A stretch of DNA of 63,452 nt, counting the filler, from Octopus bimaculoides (taxonomy: Eukaryota), in NCBI RefSeq assembly GCF_001194135.2. It is 5 parts of 5 records of this genome, joined end to end, with 100 filler letters (N's around TTAATTAATTAA, not from the genome) between each part and the next. Parts side by side here need not be neighbours in the genome. Positions count along the whole stretch, not along the records: positions 56,477 to 61,638 come from NC_068983.1; positions 61,739 to 63,452 come from NW_026375077.1; 3 more parts are not named here. One strand, given 5' to 3'. Made by a program: the position numbers and the translations under genes. Position 1 is the stretch's first letter; each line of letters opens with the position of its first letter. Shown here one piece after another: positions 58,497-63,452 of the stretch. The notes beneath the pieces were generated by a model that was given only the letters and a program-made list of their open reading frames with translations, did no database searches and was not told the DNA's origin.

Positions 58497-58690
58497 GCCA
58501 GTAATTCCAGTGTAAGGGGTTAGTCAATTACATTAACGCCAGTGCTCCACTGATACTCATTTTAGTGATCCTGAAAGGATGAAAGGCTAAGTCAACTTTG
58601 GTGAAACTTGAAATTGGACTATAAAGATGGACAAAATGTTGCTAAGCATTTTGCCTGGTGTGCTAATGATTCTGCCAGCTTGCCACCCTA
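58497..58690 (-). mobile_element. SINE family A, degenerate copy
   Basis: gaaaggatgaaaggctaagtcaactttggtg...ctaagcattttgcctggtgtgctaatgattctgccagcttgccacc. Confidence 0.65.
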
Positions 58691-58864
58691 AGGTCAGTTC
58701 TGATTGAGATTTATGGTCAAAAGTATTCCAGCCATGATGATTCCATCTTTTATCCTGATAGTGCATCTCTGCCTAAATTATTCAATGTGTTTTTTTATTT
58801 AAAGAGAGTATAGTTGATTTGAAGGAGATTTCACTACTGTTTTTAACACACTGAGATACTGGCA

Positions 58865-59020
58865 TCGGTGTGTAATTAAGAAGCTTGCTTCCCACCCATG
58901 TGGCCTCAGGTTCAGTCCCATTGTGTGGCACCTTGAGCAAATGTCTTCCACTATTCCACTAGGCTGACCAGAGTTGTGTGAGAGGATTTAGTAGATGGAA
59001 ACTGAAAGAAACTTGTTTCA
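58865..59020 (+). mobile_element. SINE family B, 5' half
   Basis: aagaagcttgcttcccacccatgtggcctcaggttcagtcccattgtgtggcaccttgagcaaatgtcttcc. Confidence 0.7.
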
Positions 59021-59718
59021 CATACATATGCATATATCATATATCATATATATATCTGTATGCATATGAGTATATGTGAGTTTGTTTGTGTATATATGTG
59101 ATGATTGTAAATGTGTATCACTTTACTTTCATACACATGATGTTCTTCATTACCAATCTTCTATGGGGAGATATTACTTTACTTAGAAACATATGATGTT
59201 GCAACATGAAAGGCATCTGTCTGTTGAAAATCCGCCTCAACAAATTCCAAATTTTATATGACTCATGTAAGACAGAAAAGTGGACATTAAAACTGACCAT
59301 AACGATGATGAGCTCTACTTGATATTGTTATCTTTGGTGGTAGTGGTTATGATTAAGCATTCACTCTTCGAGTGACTGCTTGTCGCTTGTAACATGGTGC
59401 ATATATTTTATATATGTAACCCTAGATTATCTCTGATCCAGTAGATCTAAGATAAAAGACATAATCCAATGCATTCTCCTTTATTTAAGATGGTAGAGTG
59501 TGATTTAAGTGAGATTTTACTACTATGTTTAATAGACTGTCAGTCTGCCTAAAATCGCCTTTGTTGGTCTGATTATCTTTTGTTGTCATTATTGTTATTT
59601 TTTAGGTCAGAATTGTAATACTGAAGCAAACTTATGATCTAAGGTCTTCCGGCTATGAAAATCCTGTCTTTTATTCAAACAGTTGATCTAGGTGCAGGAA
59701 TAGCTCTGTGATAAGAAA

Positions 59719-60097
59719 AGGCACAGTTATGGCTGTGTGGTAAGAAGTTTGCTTCCCAATCACATAGTTCTGGTCCCACTGTGTGGCACTTGGGTAAATA
59801 TCTTCTCCTATAGCTTTGGGCTGACCAAAGCTTTGTGAGTGGATTTGGTAGACAATAACTGAAAGAAGTCTGTTGTATATGTATGTGTGTGTGTGTGTGT
59901 TTGTCCTTCATCACTGCTTGACAGCTGGTACTGGTGTGTAACATCTCGATAACTTACCAGTTTAGCAAAAAAGACTGATAAAATAAGTATTAGGGTTAAA
60001 AAACATAAGAACTGGGGTCAATTTATTTGACTAAAATTCTTCAAGGTAATGCCCCAGCATGGCTGTAGACTGATGACTGAAACAAGTAAAAGATAAA
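59719..60097 (+). mobile_element. SINE family B, full-length degenerate copy
   Basis: gttatggctgtgtggtaagaagtttgcttccc...gccccagcatggctgtagactgatgactgaaacaagtaaaagataaaag. Confidence 0.8.
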
Positions 60098-60696
60098 AGC
60101 TGAAGGATAGTGTGTCCTATATTTTCTTTGAATATGGTAAGGAATAACTTATAGGAGGTTTGGTAGCTATTTTTTGCAGGTTAGGTAATCACATAGAAAT
60201 GCCCTTTTTAGTTTATTGTTTTTTCCTGGTTATGATATGTAGGTCTCACAGAATTTTCAACAATCTTGTCTTGGCAGCCAAACTTATTCTATTGGTTTTG
60301 TTTTCATTATGAATCTTGCATTTTTAAATTGAGTGCATTACAGACTCTGCTCCTAAGAGTATTTTTCTCAGGGCTAGTCCATTGAGGTTATGGAGAAGAA
60401 AGCTCTTTGACGACTAACCAAATTATGTGTCTTTTTATGACCTCATCACTCATGGCTGTTAAAATATCATGTATTTTTAGAAGTTGCATGTTTTTCACAT
60501 TGTATTAGTTGATTCTGTGACAGGATGGAAATATATCAATAGAATAAGGAATAGTGAGTCAAGCTATATCTTCAGAGACATTCTCTGTCAAAGAATAGGA
60601 AAAACTGGCCTAAAATTAACTGCACGAAACTATTTGATGGAGATATACATTGCTTGGTCTCTTGGGTAAGGAGAGGAATGATCACTGCTCCCTTAG

Positions 60697-60910
60697 TCCT
60701 TTAGAATTCACATTTTTCTGTAAAAAACAATGTTTATTAATTCATATTGTTTGAATTAATCATACATCATCTTGTAGCTTTGAGATTTTGATGAAGTAAC
60801 TGTTAATTTTTAGAATGATATTGTAGGGTTGATCTGAGAGACCTGGCCAATTTGAGTATGAAACATGGAAAATATTTTGGCCAGATATGGCCAGTTTAAA
60901 TGCTAAATGG
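60697..60910. mobile_element. Second, decayed copy of the piggyBac-type MITE
   Basis: ttag|tcctttagaattca ... taaatgctaaatgg|ttaa; the internal sequence is colinear with 58066-58286. Confidence 0.75.
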
Positions 60911-61638
60911 TTAATGTGAAAGTTATTTGACTACAGCTCTCCTTTCCCTAGTATTTTGTTTTTCTGCTATTAATTTTGAACTTGAAATAAAAGTAAAAAT
61001 ATTTGAAGAATTTAGAAATGCTGATATGGATATTGGGAAAAGCCTTTTCACAAAAATAACTTTACCTTTTCATCTTCACAGGTCAATTTTCAATAATTTG
61101 AAGAATGTATAAAAGGCACCCATGACAGTGACATGTAAAAGGCACAGCAGGGTAAAGGAACCTGTACTGGTGACACATAAAAGGCACCCAGTACATTCTG
61201 CAGATTGGTTGGCATTAGGAAGGCCATCCAGCTGTAGAAACCATGCCAAAACAGAGTTATTTTCGGACTTAGCGTGCCAGATTGAAGACATTTGAAAGGA
61301 TACACTGAATGTAATTTGTAGAACTCTACACGTGCTCCCTTTCGGGTTGGACGTCTTGTGCCTAGTTCTGGAAATTATATTTTATAAATCGACAGACTGC
61401 GCTGATGATCCTGCAGATATTTACTTATGTAAATTTTAACAGGTGAAACCATGGTACGTAAGTTAATCGTTTTTTTTTATTTAGTATTTTTTCATTTGTT
61501 TTGCCCTTTTACAGTCTTTTGTGTCGCTAAATTTTTACTGAGAACATATTTTTCGTGGTTAGAGGATTCGGCATCTATTTCTAGCATATAGGAGTCCACT
61601 TTTGCTGGTCATCCCTCTTATTTTTGTATGTAATATAA

Positions 61639-61738
61639 NNNNNNNNNNNNNNNNNNNNNNNNNNNNNNNNNNNNNNNNNNNNTTAATTAATTAANNNNNN
61701 NNNNNNNNNNNNNNNNNNNNNNNNNNNNNNNNNNNNNN
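61639..61738. other. Artificial scaffold-joining linker
   Basis: N44-TTAATTAATTAA-N44. Confidence 0.9.
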
Positions 61739-62759
61739 GTTTAAAGATATTAAGTATATTGGGTTCATGAAAACTATTTTGAATTATCTTAAAAAAATTT
61801 TAGCTGAAAATAAATAATGATACTATTTAGGAGACACATAGGTAAGCTTTATTTTTATAATGTGAATAAAAATTATTATCGGATTTATATTAGTTTATAA
61901 TAATGTGTTTACTAAGGTTTAAGGGACTGAAAAAAGAAAAAGATGTTAGGAAATAACAAGGATATTCAATACAGGAACCTGATGATTGATTAAAAGTTTC
62001 ATTATTCATGAATTTGTTTCAAGGTTAACCTGGGATAATTAAAGAATATTAATTGAATAAGGATTCGATTAATTTAGGGCATAAGGATTATAATTATTTA
62101 AGTTAAAAATACAAAATAAAACAAGACAACTACTGCTGTAATAACAGCAACAATAAAAATACTTTTAAAGTCAAGCGTTAAATAAAGTAAAAAACTTATG
62201 AGAATTTCCTATTCTTATTAGCTAGATAGGGTTAAGCTACATATTGAGAAAACTAACAGCAATAGCAGAAGTGGTGTGCAAAAAATCTTCCATGGAGCAA
62301 AGTTGAAATCATATTTATCACAAGTAGATTAAATGTTAAGGTGAGAGATCAGGAATATATGTTATAAAGGTTCAGTTTCTTTCTCCCACTTGGATTTGAA
62401 ATGTTGCCACAATTATAATATGTCTATTCTACTGTAATTTTCTGCATTTTTGTGCAGCTGAAGATTGCTCTTCATATTGCATTTGATGTAATGCTCGCAT
62501 TACTTAAATAAATGGAGTAGCATGAAACGTGCGTACTGCAATCATCTTTGAAATCCGTGTTGCTTATTTTGATTTTTTGATCACCTATCCTTTTGGAATG
62601 GTTTTTGTATAATACCGTACCATACGATATTCTGGTGCTTACACATAAGTACCATATTCAATCTTGAATCTCTCTATATATATATATTATCATACCCCCT
62701 CCCTTCTTATCAGTGTATTATCATACCCACCTCCTTTCTTCTTTCTCTATTCACATTTC

Positions 62760-62888
62760 TCCTCCACCTCTCACTCACGCCACTTCCACCTCTCACTCGC
62801 TCCGCCTCCACCTCCACCTCTCACTCGCGCCACCTCCACCTCTCTCTCGCGCCACCTCCACCTCTCACTCATGCCACCTCCACCTCTC
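62760..62888. repeat. ~22-bp minisatellite (gccacctccacctctcactcgc) x~6
   Basis: Direct reading; imperfect units. Confidence 0.85.
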
Positions 62889-63101
62889 TAAGTAACTAAA
62901 GTATAACAGGCAAATGAACAAGCAGATTATTACGTAAATACAAAAAAACATTCATATATGTATATATGTCTATATAAATATATATATAATACAATATTAG
63001 GATAAAGACTTTATAAAAATTTATCAAGTAGTTAGCATTAAAAAACCACATAAACAAAAAAAACCCATCATTTTTTTCCATAATTATATTTAAATTTATA
63101 T

Positions 63102-63261
63102 AAGGGTATTACTATACAATAATGCCTCATGCTAAGAGGGACTCCATAAGTCAAAACTACTATAATAAGCACATTTTTATTGGTAAGAATGTGCTTATTA
63201 TAGTAGATTTGACTTATGGAGTCCCTCTTAGCGTGAGGGATTATTGTATAGTAATACCCTT
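63102..63261. repeat. 160-bp near-perfect palindrome (77-bp arms, 6-nt loop); MITE or hairpin-RNA candidate
   Basis: 63102-63178 pairs with 63185-63261: 73 Watson-Crick pairs, 2 G-T pairs and 2 mismatches; loop attggt. Confidence 0.95.
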
Positions 63262-63452
63262 GACTGGCACCCATGCCAACGTCGTCTCCTTCATTGGACA
63301 CGAAACTCAGCTTGCGAAGACTTATTGGGGCAAGCGAAAGCGAAATTGTGATGGCACCTGTGCCCAGCATCACCTTTCTGGCACTTGTGCCCATGGCATG
63401 TCTAAGGACTTTCGAGCGAGGTCGTTGCCAGTGCCCCTGGACTGGCTCTTGT
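63262..63452 (+). mobile_element. Fragment of the subrepeat retroposon family related to 517-1050
   Basis: gactggcacccatgcc...cttgcgaagacttattggggcaagcgaaa..gaaattgtgatggcacc resembles cttgtgaagacctgtc...aatggcacccatgc. Confidence 0.5.

Overview
AT-rich, repeat-dense animal genomic DNA with many N gaps. The SINE, LINE and microsatellite complement looks like Octopus (inference, not searched). Almost every ORF in the supplied track is spurious (microsatellites, gaps or transposon antisense). One convincing host coding exon lies on the minus strand at 18772-18907: a 136-nt exon of a natriuretic-peptide-receptor-type membrane guanylyl cyclase ectodomain, whose 3' splice site is tandemly duplicated. 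The rest is transposable-element landscape: a Penelope-like RT fragment at the left edge; a 3.0-kb hAT element with TIRs and 8-bp TSD inside a SINE; five R4/Dong-type (RLE) LINE fragments, three of them interleaved with a ~550-bp partner element at (TAA)n tracts; an ORF1-only retroelement; mariner remnants; piggyBac-type MITEs; a foldback with a telomere-like core; a near-perfect 160-bp hairpin; and several tRNA-derived SINE families, one carrying a minimal hammerhead-ribozyme-like motif. Four N44-TTAATTAATTAA-N44 blocks are artificial scaffold joins. No prokaryote-type system (CRISPR, operon) is present. The best leads for undescribed biology are the tRNA-head/hammerhead SINE, the (TAA)n-targeted LINE plus partner cluster and the duplicated splice acceptor.
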